Shown here one piece after another: positions 1 through 11,832 of a stretch of 64,000 nt of DNA; within the stretch, counting starts at the first letter, position 1; every line of letters begins with the position of its first letter. Position numbers and translations under genes: made by a program. Source of the stretch: Octopus vulgaris (Eukaryota); the NCBI GenBank assembly GCA_951406725.2, contig OX597831.1:43090001-43154000 (forward strand), read 5' to 3'. The notes under the pieces are model-generated. The model was not told the origin of the DNA, ran no database searches, and worked only from the letters and a program-made list of their open reading frames with translations.

Positions 1-733
1 GTTTTAAACTATGAATGAAGTTACGTAGGAAAAAATTCTTTTTATAATAATTTAAACAGTAAGGTCACCTGTTAAAACGCTACAAGTTTTTAAAGGAAAA
101 CAGAAAAAAGGTAGCATTCTTTTATTGGCTATAAAGGCCCAAGAGGTTGGAGACAGAAAGTATAATGCCTTAAGCTGATAAAAATAATGAATTAAATTGA
201 AAAAGGTTTCAATCGTCATTTTAAAATAGAAAACATACCATTATATACGTATAAATATAATCTGAATAACGGAGAATAATCTAAACATACAATAAATAAC
301 AAAAATGCATCGTCATAACATTCATAAGATATTTATCACAAGAACACGAACAATAATACTTTATAATAATAACATGAAAGAAAGCATTTGAACATAAAAA
401 ATTTACTCTATCAACATCAAAAACAGCTGTACGAACGTTAAACATAAGGTGCAATGAATAGCGCACCTGAAACTGATATTTTTTACATCGTAAATAATAA
501 TGATAATAATGCTGATACATACACAATACAATATTGCTTAATATTACCGAGTGAGAGCAAAAAGAAACACGAGTATGTATGAAAATAATTGTGTAACTGG
601 TTATAAATGTTTACTTACCGATAAAGATAATTTTTGCAAAATAGCAGCGCAAGGCGGAAAACACACCATATAAAATCTATAGATATATAGGTAAAATATA
701 TATATATATTAAAATATGTTTATATATATATAT

Positions 734-788
<55 letters not shown>

Positions 789-960
789 GTGTATAATATA
801 TGTATATATTTATTATCTTTTATATAGGTGTCTGTTTACTGCTGTTCGCTTGCTTATACGTACAGTGATAGAGAGAAAAAGTGAGAATGCGTGTGTATGA
901 GCGGGAGAAGAGGCAACACAGCGTAATAAAAAAAAGTGCTTCAGGCTTCGGCTAAAACAT
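1..960 (-). other. Probable 5' end of a spliced - strand transcript (small exons about 864-960, 619-676, 407-466, 239-261, <1-68)
   Basis: Alternating canonical sites on the - strand: donors GTACGT, GTAAGT, GTAAAT, GTATGT; acceptors tctatag, gtttcag, tattcag, ttaacag; no recognisable protein. Confidence 0.45.
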
Positions 961-985
961 CAACCTAAGCAGGTGTCTGCTTGTG

Positions 986-1024
986 TGACGTAATCGTTCG
1001 TCACTTCCGGGTCCAGTTACGTCA
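986..1024 (-). promoter_or_regulatory. Housekeeping-type promoter motifs (ETS-CRE composite) for a leftward transcript
   Basis: CCGGAAGTGACG on the - strand (999-1010) flanked by mutually inverted CRE/ATF-like sites TGACGTAA (986-993) and TTACGTCA (1017-1024) in a CpG-richer patch. Confidence 0.5.
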
Positions 1025-1711
1025 GATTTCTCTGCAATCAAGAAGGCTCTTTGTATTGTTGTTGTTGTTATTGTTGCTGTGGTTGGTGTTATTGTTGATG
1101 ATGTCCATACGATCCACAGTTGGATGTTGAGCTTCAATACGAATACTCACCTTGCGGTCTAATCTCCACCCTCAAACCACATACCCTGTCACCTTTAAAT
1201 CAGGAAAGGACACGTGATACAATGTAATCAAACATACCATTAAAAACATAACAGGTAGGGATGTGTTGTTAAGAAGCTCGCTTTGCAACCGCGTGGTTTC
1301 GGGTTCAATCCCACAGCGTAGCATCTTGGACAAATTTATTCTACTATAAACCCGGACCGACCAATGCCTTGTTAGTGAATTTGCTAGAAGGAAACTGTGT
1401 GGAAGCCCGTCGTTTGTATGTGTGTGTGTACGTGCATATGCGTATGTGTGTGCGCGCGGGCCCCACTTGACAATTGGTGTTGAGGATTTTTTTTATATAC
1501 CTGTAACTTAGCGGTTCGGTAATAGACACCGATAGAATAAGTACCAGACTTAAAGATTGTTACTGGGATTGGTATGTTCGACTAAACCAGTGGTTGTCAA
1601 AGGTATTTTTTACTTCTGGACTCCCTCTGACTCTCATTTTGGGATGGACCCTTATAAACATTCTGTTTAAAAAAAATCCTATTATATTTTTACAATTAAA
1701 TATTAATAAGA

Positions 1712-2107
1712 TTTACTCTCGTTTACTCTTTTACTTGTTTCAGTCATATGACTGTGGCCATGCCGGAGCACCGCCTTTAGCCGAACAAATCTACCCCAGG
1801 ACTTATTCTTTGTAAGCCTAGTACTTATTCTATCGGTCTCTTTTGCCGAACCGCTATGTTACGGGGACGTAAACACACCAGCATCGGTTGTCAAGCGATG
1901 TTTGAGGGACAAACACAGACACACAAACATATACATATATACGACGGGCTTCTTTTAGTTTCCGTCTACCAAATCTACTCACAAGGTTTTGGTCGACCCG
2001 AGGCTATAGTAGAAGACACTTGTCCAAGATGTCACGCAGTGGGACTGAACAGGGAACCATGTGGTTCGTAAGCAAGCTACTTACCACACAGCTACTCCTG
2101 CGCCTAT
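1712..2107 (-). mobile_element. tRNA-derived SINE family A (representative copy)
   Basis: Head GGCGCAGGAGT.GCTGTGTGGTAAG with B-box-like GTTCAGTCCC, central (TA)/(TG) tract, AGTAAAAG tail. Other copies at about 1253-1590(+), 10804-12190(+, interrupted), 22900-23296(-), 27000-27345(-), 28170-29155(+, interrupted), 30502-30882(+), 32680-33116(-), 35430-35820(+), 38035-38288(+), 42760-43170(-), 43245-43590(-), 46232-46616(-), 48935-49290(-), 58552-58972(-), 60465-60828(-). Confidence 0.9.
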
Positions 2108-2218
2108 GTATATAATATATACATACATATATATATACATATATACATACATACATACACACATACATACATACATACATACATACATACAAACACACAT
2201 ACACACACACACACATAT

Positions 2219-3079
2219 ATATAAAATACAAAATGGGACAAGAACGCAAAACGAGACAACAAAACATCCAGATAGACGATACAAAAAAAACACGGACGGG
2301 TCATTCGAAGCCTTTTATCTTCAGTCAAGAACCGGATCATCCTCGCAATTTCGGCTGATTAATCTTGAGATTGCTCCAATCTGGCCAGCCCCAAGGAAAA
2401 ACTAAGCTAAGAGCATTAGATTCCTTGGAAAAAAAGCAACGAATGTATACGAAACAAGCACAGAAAAACAGACGATGTTACACGAATATAAATACAAAAT
2501 ACAATTAAAAAAAAACAATAATAATAATAATAACAGGACAAAACAACAGGCGTCTTTCGACTGGGAACGAATTGAATTCAGCTGGCGTGTATGGAAATTA
2601 AGCCTTACGGCAGCGGGAAGAATATCGACGTGGCAGTGACCACAAGTCAAACGCAAAAGGGCTAGCAGTTGGCCAACGGTCACTTGAGAAGAGAAGAGAG
2701 AAAAAAAGGGGAACAAAGGAATTAAGGAGGGGAGAAGAGAGAGCGAGAGGGAGAGAGAGTGTGTAGAAGAAGTAGATAGACTGAAGAATCAAGGAGTAGC
2801 GAGAGAAAAAAAAGAGAGACAGGGACATAGTGAAGTGCAAAGTAAGAAAGCCAAAGAATTGTGAGAGAGTGGGGAGAAAGTTTTGAAAAAGTCGTGCAAG
2901 ATTTAGTGAAATGTGTACTTACATATATAAGAGAACAAAGTGTACATACGCCGCTATATATATAAAATAAAATACAAAAAGGGACAAGAACGCAAAACGG
3001 GACAACAAAACATCCAGATAGACGATACAAAAAAAAACACGGACGGGTCATTCGAAGCCTTTTATCTTCAGTCAAGAAC
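2219..3079. repeat. Unclassified interspersed repeat with about 110-bp direct terminal repeats (possibly Penelope-like); related inverted copy at about 7100-7740
   Basis: 2221-2331 is repeated at 2967-3079; 7610-7700 matches the reverse complement of about 2270-2360. Confidence 0.55.
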
Positions 3080-3107
3080 AGGATATATATATATATATAT
3101 ATATATA

Positions 3108-4633
3108 CTAGCAGTATCGCCCGGCGTTGCTCGGGTTGTAAGGGAAATAACTATATAAGCATTTTTAGAGAGTTATAGCCAAAAAATGCATTAAAAATTG
3201 AAAAAAAATTAAGGTAAATATTTTTTAAATCGTTGACACATCGTAGACATTTTTAGAGAGTTACTTCCCTTATATAAAAGCGAAAAAAATGCATTAAAAT
3301 GGAAAAATATGATGGTATTTTTTTTTTAAATCGTCGACTCATCGTAGACGCACGCTAATACCCAGAAGGGCTCGATATGAATCACGACTATAAGATACCC
3401 GCTTTTGGTTAAACTGCACCGCAAAATGTGGGAGTAGTTAGGAATCTAAATCGTAGGAGACAGACACACAACTTCACTCTTATATAAAGATGCTTTTTTT
3501 TTTTCAGTCATAGAGTTAGATTTATGAAGGTCTTCAGTAGAAAATCCTTCGAATTCTGACTCGCTGCTTGATATAATGAAATTCGTATCCATTTTTTGTC
3601 AGAATTAAAAATTTTGAAAACACAATAGGAACAAATTTCGGAAAAAAATCTCCCATAATTCACGGAATTAAAATTACACTTCGATTTTTGTACAAAACTG
3701 TAGTTGAAGTGTTTACGAAGTATAATACGTGTTTTCACGAATGTACTAAAGAGATTTGCTCTGATATTCTCATTTAAATATGAATAGGTAAATTCGGGCG
3801 GCTTGGTAACTATATATAAGTGTCGTCTGTTTATACATAAACACTGTTTCATACTGCAATTATATATACATATATCTATATATAATATTATATAATAAAA
3901 TATATACAGAGTAAAATAAAAACCAATTTACCTTTTCTGTCCTCCGTGTGTCTTTGCAAATGTGTTGGAATGATAAGTGAGTTGTGTTTTTGCGCCTTTT
4001 TACTAATAACAAACACACACGTGTTTGTATGTAGTTGTATGTGTATGCGTGTGTGTGAGGAATGACACACACACACTCACGCACGCACACATGTACATCA
4101 ATGCTTTCGGAGTGATATGTTAAAATATTGAGTTTTCTCGAATTTTGTCTTAATTGGGGGTGAAATTGAAAGAAATTTATTATGGCATGAGCGAATGGAG
4201 TACTTTGAAAAATCTTAGGTAAATTCTAATTGAAGAAGTTGTGTGAGGATTAAATGGTTATGTATTTATTTGTTTCTGTTTGCTGTGTTTTTTTATTTTT
4301 TGAGTAGTGGTTTAAACACTTTCAGTTTAGTCTTCCTCAAATCAATCACTCTGTCGCTATTTACTTTCATTTTATTCGTTGCCCACTGTGTGTGTGTGCG
4401 TTTGCGTGTGGTGTAAAGCAGACTAAGAAAAGCATTTGACACACACACCAGAATGTGAGTTTTCTGTAAATTTTGCTTAATTGGAGTTTAAATTTTAAAA
4501 ACTGGACCTGGCATGACGCGATGCATTGTACTCTTAAAAATGCAAGGTAAATTGTAATTGAAGAAATCCTATATTGTAGATTTGTATAACTCCCAAAGGG
4601 AGGCAGATAAAATCTGCCTTTTATAATAAGAGA
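3108..4633 (-). mobile_element. Non-autonomous Helitron (composite; a second 5'-TC end at 3490)
   Basis: On the - strand begins TCTCTTATTATAAAAG and ends CCCGAGCAACGCCGGGCGATACTGCTAG|T (GC hairpin plus CTAG); inserted in (TA)n, no TSD. Confidence 0.75.
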
Positions 4634-5039
4634 TATATATATATATATCTCTTATTATAAAAGGCAGATTTTATCTGCCTCCCTTTGGGAGTTATACAAA
4701 TCTACAATATAGGATTTCTTCAATTACAATTTACCTAGCAATTTTAAGAGTACAATGCATCGCGTCATGCCAGGTCCAGTTTTTAAAATTTAAACTCCAA
4801 TTAAGCAAAATTTACAGAAAACTCACATTCTGGTGTGCGTGTCAAATGTTTTTCTTAGTCTGGTTTACACCACACGCAAACGCACACACACACAAAGGGA
4901 GCGAATTGTTTCACTGACGCTATCACCCTTCTCCTCCTTTGTTTTGCAAGTTGGCAGCTATTAAAGTGAAAACAGTGAATCCGACAGCGATAAAGAAAAC
5001 GAATCGGTACCTGAATGGAGTGAAAATTTAAAAACTGTT

Positions 5040-5278
5040 TCTTTCGGTGAGTTTTCTGAAGAAACTGGACCAAGCCACTGACTTTCCCAGAAGAGTAAAG
5101 CCTTAGACTATTTCTATTTACTTTTTCGAATGAGCCTATTTGAAATCATTACGCTAAACGTAAACAAACCGAAAGAAAGGATAGTTTGTTATTTCCCACA
5201 ATCTTAAATGAAATTAAGGCCTATTTTGCCATAAATATTATTATGGGTATCAGAAAGTTACCCAGAATAACAAATTCT
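5040..5278 (+). pseudogene. Degenerate piggyBac (PGBD4-like) transposase fragment
   Basis: Manual translation gives FSEETGPSH*LSQKSKALDYFYLLF and NEIKAYFAINIIMGIRKLPRITN, matching the remembered piggyBac N-terminal motifs (GP...DYFxLFF; EIKAFxGIxILMGIxKLP). Confidence 0.7.
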
Positions 5279-6549
5279 ATTGTAAAATTTTGTTGTATAC
5301 CCAATTGAATATTAGCTAATAACCCATTTTCTATAGCGATGTTTGAACAAAATTTTAATAATTTTACAGAAAGTTACCCAGAATAACAAATTCTATCGTA
5401 AAATTTTGTTGTATACCCAATTGAATATTAGCTAATAACCCATTTTCTATAGCGATGTTTGAACAAAATTTTAATAATTTTACAGAAAGTTACCCAGAAT
5501 AACAAATTCTATCGTAAAATTTTGTTGTATACCCAATTGAATATTAGCTAATAACCCATTTTCTATAGCGATGTTTGAACAAAATTTTAATAATTTTACA
5601 GAAAGTTACCCAGAATAACAAATTCTATCGTAAAATTTTGTTGTATACCCAATTGAATATTAGCTAATAACCCATTTTCTATAGCGATGTTTGAACAAAA
5701 TTTTAATATTTTACAGAAAGTTACCCAGAATAACAAATTCTATCGTAAAATTTTGTTGTATACCCAATTGAATATTAGCTAATAACCCATTTTCTATAGC
5801 GATGTTTGAACAAAATTTTAATAATTTTACAGAAAGTTACCCAGAATAACAAATTCTATCGTAAAATTTTGTTGTATACCCAATTGAATATTAGCTAATA
5901 ACCCATTTTCTATAGCGATGTTTGAACAAAATTTTAATAATTTTACAGAAAGTTACCCAGAATAACAAATTCTATCGTAAAATTTTGTTGTATACCCAAT
6001 TGAATATTAGCTAATAACCCATTTTCTATAGCGATGTTTGAACAAAATTTTAATAATTTTACAGAAAGTTACCCAGAATAACAAATTCTATCGTAAAATT
6101 TTGTTGTATACCCAATTGAATATTAGCTAATAACCCATTTTCTATAGCGATGTTTGAACAAAATTTTAATAATTTTACAGAAAGTTACCCAGAATAACAA
6201 ATTCTATCGTAAAATTTTGTTGTATACCCAATTGAATATTAGCTAATAACCCATTTTCTATAGCGATGTTTGAACAAAATTTTAATAATTTTACAGAAAG
6301 TTACCCAGAATAACAAATTCTATCGTAAAATTTTGTTGTATACCCAATTGAATATTAGCTAATAACCCATTTTCTATAGCGATGTTTGAACAAAATTTTA
6401 ATAATTTTACAGAAAGTTACCCAGAATAACAAATTCTATCGTAAAATTTTGTTGTATACCCAATTGAATATTAGCTAATAACCCATTTTCTATAGCGATG
6501 TTTGAACAAAATTTTAATAATTTTACAGAAAGTTACCCAGAATAACAAA
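5251..6549. repeat. 116-bp tandem repeat, 11 near-identical units plus a partial unit
   Basis: CAGAAAGTTACCCAG recurs at 5251, 5367, 5483, 5599, 5714, 5830, 5946, 6062, 6178, 6294, 6410 and 6526. Confidence 0.97.
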
Positions 6550-6868
6550 CGAGCCCTTCTGGGTATTAGCGCGCGTCTACGATGAGTCTACGATTTAAAA
6601 AAAAATTACCATCATATTTTTCCATTTTAATGCATTTTTTCGCTTTTATATAAGGGAAGTAACTCTCTAAAAATATCTACGATGTGTCAACGATTTAAAG
6701 AAAAATTTACCTTAATTTTTTTTCAATTTTTAATGCATTTTTTTGCTACTTTTTGGCTATAACTCTCTAAAAATGCTTATATAGTTATTTCCCTTACAAC
6801 CCGAGCAACGCCGGGCGATACTGCTAGTATATATATATATATATATGGTGTGTGTGTGTGTGTGTATC

Positions 6869-7027
6869 TGTAAAAATAATATGTGACAATTATTCGGTAG
6901 CCAAGATAAAACTCTGAGTTTCGGATGCCGAGGTGGAAATCCACACCACCATCTCTTCGGTTATCTGGCATCCGAAACTCAGAGTTTTATCTTGGCTACC
7001 GAATAATTGTCACATATTATTTTTACA
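6869..7027. repeat. Hairpin with perfect 61-bp arms
   Basis: 6869-6929 is the reverse complement of 6967-7027. Confidence 0.93.
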
Positions 7028-7732
7028 AATAGATTCCTCTATTTACATAATATTGAGGTCTCTTTCTTTCTTTTGTTATCTTACCGTTTTTACCAATATA
7101 TATATATATATATCAAAACCCCTGCACGATGTCTTTAAACTATTTTCTTTCCTTCGCCATTGCTTCGTTGCCAAATTGTTTTGGCGCCTTTTTCTCCCAG
7201 CCTCTCTGATTCCTTCTCTCCCTCTCTCTCTTGGCCACTGCTTCTTCTCTGATTCCTTCTCTCCCTCTCTCTCTCGGTCACTGCTTCTGTCCTCGCCTTC
7301 CACCCTCCTTGGTCCCCTCTCTCTCTTACCCCCTTCTCTCTCAACCCTCTTGCGACTTGCTGCCTCAGCCATTCTGTTTCCATCGGCCGCTTGTTCAACA
7401 TGTATCTTATCACCGAAAAGGTAGTTATTTTTCCACGCTTGCTGATATTGTTTTTGTGTCTCTCTTTTTGTCTCAAAGCCGTAGGGCGCCTGTGTCATCC
7501 ATGTTTTTAACCGTTATTGTCTCCAAAAAAGATTTTTTGTTTCATGTTCGTCTCTGTTGCGTTGCATTCTTTCCTTCTGTGGCTGGCTGATTCAGAGCGG
7601 ATCTCAGAATTAAACAGCCGAAATCTGCGATGAGGGATCAGTTTCTGACTGAAGAATGAAGGCTTTGAATGACCCGTTTGTCTTTTTGTTCGTCCCTTCG
7701 TGTATTTCACGTTATTTATTTATGTAAAGGTT

Positions 7733-7793
<61 letters not shown>

Positions 7794-7932
7794 CATACGC
7801 ACACACACACACACATATAATCCGAAATGTACAGTATTATATATTCATTACGGCCGATCTTACCAATCGGTTTCGCGCTATATATGTATGTATGTATGTT
7901 TATATGTACACATGCACACACGCAGACACGCG

Positions 7933-7967
<35 letters not shown>

Positions 7968-8469
7968 AAACAAAGAGAGGGAATGAGCGAGAGAGAGAGA
8001 GACAGAGAAGGGGAGGGAGCGAGAGCAGTGGAATACAATCATCGACTCTCAATATATAATCAAACATTTATGGTGGATTTTAGACAAACAAGCCAGTGGC
8101 CAGCAATGGCCGCAGTCCAATGACCGAAACAAATAAAAGAATAAAAGAAGAGAAATTAAAACGAAACAAATTTCTGATTTTTATATATTTGCGTTATCAA
8201 TAACAATATTATTGTTTTTAACTCTCAATGAATTAAAGATATAACATTGGTTAAGGCGGGATCTGAACTCAGAACGTAAGGCATTCTAACTGGCGATCTA
8301 ACGACTGACACAAATTCTATATCAGTCGGTTTAGTGCATAATACACTAGGAAAAGAAAAAGAAAAAGAAAGAAACGGAAAGAAAAGAAAATGAAAAGAAA
8401 AAAAATAATAAATTAACTTGTTTGGTCCATATTTTCATTTTCAAGAGCATTAGCATCAACCCCCACCAC

Positions 8470-8520
8470 CTTCGTCGCCGTCGTTATCATCATCGTCATC
8501 ATCATCATCGTCGTCGTCAC

Positions 8521-8587
<67 letters not shown>

Positions 8588-8709
8588 GTCGTCGTCGTCG
8601 TCGTCACCATCATCATCTCTGGTTGTCGTCATCATCATCATCGTTATCATTATCAGCGTCATCATCACATAATCTTCAATTTCACCATCTTCATGATGAT
8701 GATAATTTC

Positions 8710-8761
<52 letters not shown>

Positions 8762-8900
8762 GTCGTCGTCGTCGTCGTCACCATCATCTCTGGTTGTCGT
8801 CATCATCATCGTTATCATTATCATCGTCATCATCACATAATCTTCAATTTCACCATCTTCATGATGATAATTTCAATCATCATCATCATCAGCTTCATTC

Positions 8901-8962
<62 letters not shown>

Positions 8963-9010
8963 ATCATCATCATCATCAACAACAGCAGCAACAGCAACAA
9001 TGACAACAAT
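8470..9010. repeat. (CAT)n/(CGT)n/(CCT)n compound microsatellite with an internal duplication
   Basis: The block ...CTCTGGTTGTCGTCATC...CACATAATCTTCAATTTCACCATCTTCATGATGATAATTTCAAT occurs twice. Confidence 0.95.
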
Positions 9011-9597
9011 GAACATAGAGCAATTGAATTGCATAGGCAATCACACAGATAATGCCTTCCAAAATATTCTTCGTACACACGAACTAAAGCAAAATAGGAA
9101 ACAAAAGACGAAAAACAAAAACAAAACAAAACAAAAAAAATACAAAATAAAAACTTTCTAACAAAAACCAAAACAGGTCACTGTTCTTGCGAATGAAGTC
9201 AAAATTTATTAGTCATTATCGGCGAGCTGGCAAAATCGTTAGCACATCAGGCGATGTGCTGAGAGTCATTTCTCTCACCAGTTTATGCCCCGAGTTCGAA
9301 TTCCTCCGATATCGACTTTGCTTTTGATCCTTTCAAGTTCGATAAAATAAGTACCAGTTGAGCATTGGAGTCGATGTAATCGACTAGCCGTCTTCCTCTA
9401 AAATAGCTGCTCGAGTGCCAAAATTTGGAACCATTATTACCAATGTTGTAAGAGCGGATCTTGGTTTGTGCCTAAACGAAGAAGAAGAAGGAGAAGACGA
9501 AGTATTTGTTTATATGCTTGTTTCTTTTTATCAATGCTAAAAATATGTGGAAGCCATTGTAACTGTCCATGTCGACTCACAAATAAGAACTTTGAAA

Positions 9598-10380
9598 AAG
9601 GCGGCGAGCTGGCAGAAACGTTAGCACGCCGGGCGAAATGCGTAGCCGTATTTCATCTGCCGTTACGTTCTGAGTTCAAATTCCGCCGAGGTCGGCTTTG
9701 CCTTTCATCCTTTCGGTGTCGATAAATTAAGTACCAGTTGCACACTGGGGTCGATGTAATCGACTTAATCCGTTTGTCTGTCCTTGTTTGTCCTCTCTAT
9801 GTTTAGTCCCTTGTGAGTAGTAAAGAAATAGAAATAGGTATTTCGTCTGTCTTTACGTTCTGAATTCAAATTCCGGCGAGGTCGGCTTTGCCTTTCATCC
9901 TTTCGGGATCGATAAATTAAGTACCAGTTGCGCACTGGGGTCGATGTAATCGACTTAATCCGTTTGTCTGTCCTCTCTATGTTTAGCCCCTTGTGAGTAG
10001 TAAAGAAATAGAAATAGGTATTTCGTCTGTCTTTACGTTCTGAATTCAAATTCCGGCGAGGTCGGCTTTGCCTTTCATCCTTTCGGGATCGATAAATTAA
10101 GTACCAGTTGCGCACTTGAGTCGATCTAATCGACTTAATCCGTTTGTCTGTCCTTGTTTGTCCTCTCTATGTTTAGCCCCTTGTGAGTAGTAAAGAAATA
10201 GAAATAGGTATTTCGTCTGTCTTTACGTTCTGAATTTAAATTACGGCGAAGTCGGCTTTGCCTTTCATCCTTTCGGGCTCGATAAATTTAGTACCAGTTG
10301 CGTACTTGAGTCGATCTAATCGACTGCCCCCCCCCCCAACACACACAAACTTTCGGGCCTTGTGGCCTAGAGTAGAAAAG
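9598..10380 (+). mobile_element. tRNA-derived SINE family B with four internal 180-190 bp tandem units and a 16-bp TSD
   Basis: Head AAGGCGGCGAGCTGGCAGAAACG, B box GAGTTCAAATTCC, core GCCTTTCATCCTTTCGGGGTCGATAAA; TSD AATAAGAACT(T/A)TGAAA at 9582 and 10381. Other copies at about 9220-9435, 13025-13472, 22295-22740(-), 29695-30320(-), 39005-39415, 50388-51175, 51205-51635(-), 51655-51870, 59685-60068, 63100-63197. Confidence 0.9.
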
Positions 10381-10963
10381 AATAAGAACTATGAAAGCTT
10401 ATTTTCGTAGATCGCAAAAAGGAGAAATAAATAGAATGGAATAGAAATACTTTTTGAATGAACTTTTCTTTCGTTATGAACCACCAAGGAAATGTCTAGA
10501 ACAGAAGTTCGAGATTAACTTTTGACTTCATGACGGAACGTAAATAAATTCAGCTCACAAAAATGAATTTTGTCCTGTAATTTAAAGGAGAGAGCCGTGT
10601 CACATTGTGTCACGCTGAATCTCCCTGAGAACTATTTTAACGGTGCGCGTGTCTGTGGAGTACTCAGCCACTTGCACATTAATTTCAAGAGCTGGCTGTT
10701 CCGTTGATTGATCGGATCAATTGGAACACTCGTCGTCGTATCCGACGGAGTCACTCGGAAAATAAGACGGAAAAGATAAAGACAGGACACTTTGAAAAAT
10801 GTAACAGGAGTGGCTGTGTGGCAAGGGGCTTGCTTCCCAACCACATGGTTCAGGGTTCAGTCCCACTGCGTGGCACCTTGGGCAAGTGTCTTCCACTAAA
10901 GCTTCGGGTTGACTAAAGCCTTGTGAGTGGATTTAGTTGACGGAAACTGAAAGAAGCCCACCG

Positions 10964-10994
<31 letters not shown>

Positions 10995-11019
10995 ATTAGA
11001 AGAAATCCGGATGGTTTTA

Positions 11020-11832
11020 TCTCTCTATATATAAACGGCAGTTTGTCTGTGTGTGTGTGTGTGTGTGTCTGTCTGTCAGGTTGTACCCTCACCCTGACCA
11101 CGGCTTTCAACCGATTCTGATGAAACTTGACACACACATAGCCCAATGTCATAATTCAAATCTAACGCAGCGAAAATTTTGAAAAGTTCCCCCAGTTCTG
11201 AAAAAAATTCGATAAATTAGACATGGGTCGAGAATCTAAGCTTTTTATACGCAACACATTTTCTACAGACTGTCTAGGGGACGCAACTCGACCTTTTTAA
11301 CTCTCGGAACACGTGGGGTAAGTATCCCAAAATGAATAAAAATGTACAAAAACGGCAAAAAAGCGGGCAGCAATGTAAGTGACAACAACGAAAAAGTCAA
11401 AAGTGACCAAACTGAACAAACGAATGGAAAAGGTTTTTTGATGCACACGACAAAAGCGGTTTATAATAAACCAAGAGTTTGCAAGTAGCGTCCGAGGACC
11501 CTTAGGGTACGTCAAACATTTAGGGTAAAACGTTTGGAGTGGTAGTTATAAAGAAAGTGTAAACAAAAAAAGTATTCGAATAACTTGCGGCTGCAGCAGC
11601 TATTAGCAGAAGTGGCGGTGTTGGGGGTAAAGTCTCGAATGTCATTTCTTCCTGGTAGGAATAGGTTGGGTTGAATTATCGATAGCTGTTTGATAGTTAT
11701 TTGGGAGTGAAGAGAAGACATTGCAACCTACACATGCGCCTTCGTTCCCTAGAGGGAAAGGACTAGATTGGGATTAGTCGTTGCCTACTAGGGGCTCTTA
11801 CATACCCGGGCAACGCCGGGCTATGCTGCTAG
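11020..11832 (+). mobile_element. Non-autonomous Helitron, nested in a small palindromic element inside a SINE
   Basis: A|TCTCTCTATATATAAAC start, (GT)n/(GTCT)n, end CCCGGGCAACGCCGGGCTATGCTGCTAG|T. Confidence 0.8.

Larger units (their letters stand above)
4648..6827 (+). mobile_element. Non-autonomous Helitron with a captured piggyBac fragment and internal satellite
   Basis: A|TCTCTTATTATAAAAG start; CCCGAGCAACGCCGGGCGATACTGCTAG|T end. Confidence 0.8.

Noticed and set aside
5251-6549. CRISPR or coding repeat
   Set aside because: The units are identical throughout, the 116-bp period is not a multiple of 3, and there is no ORF.
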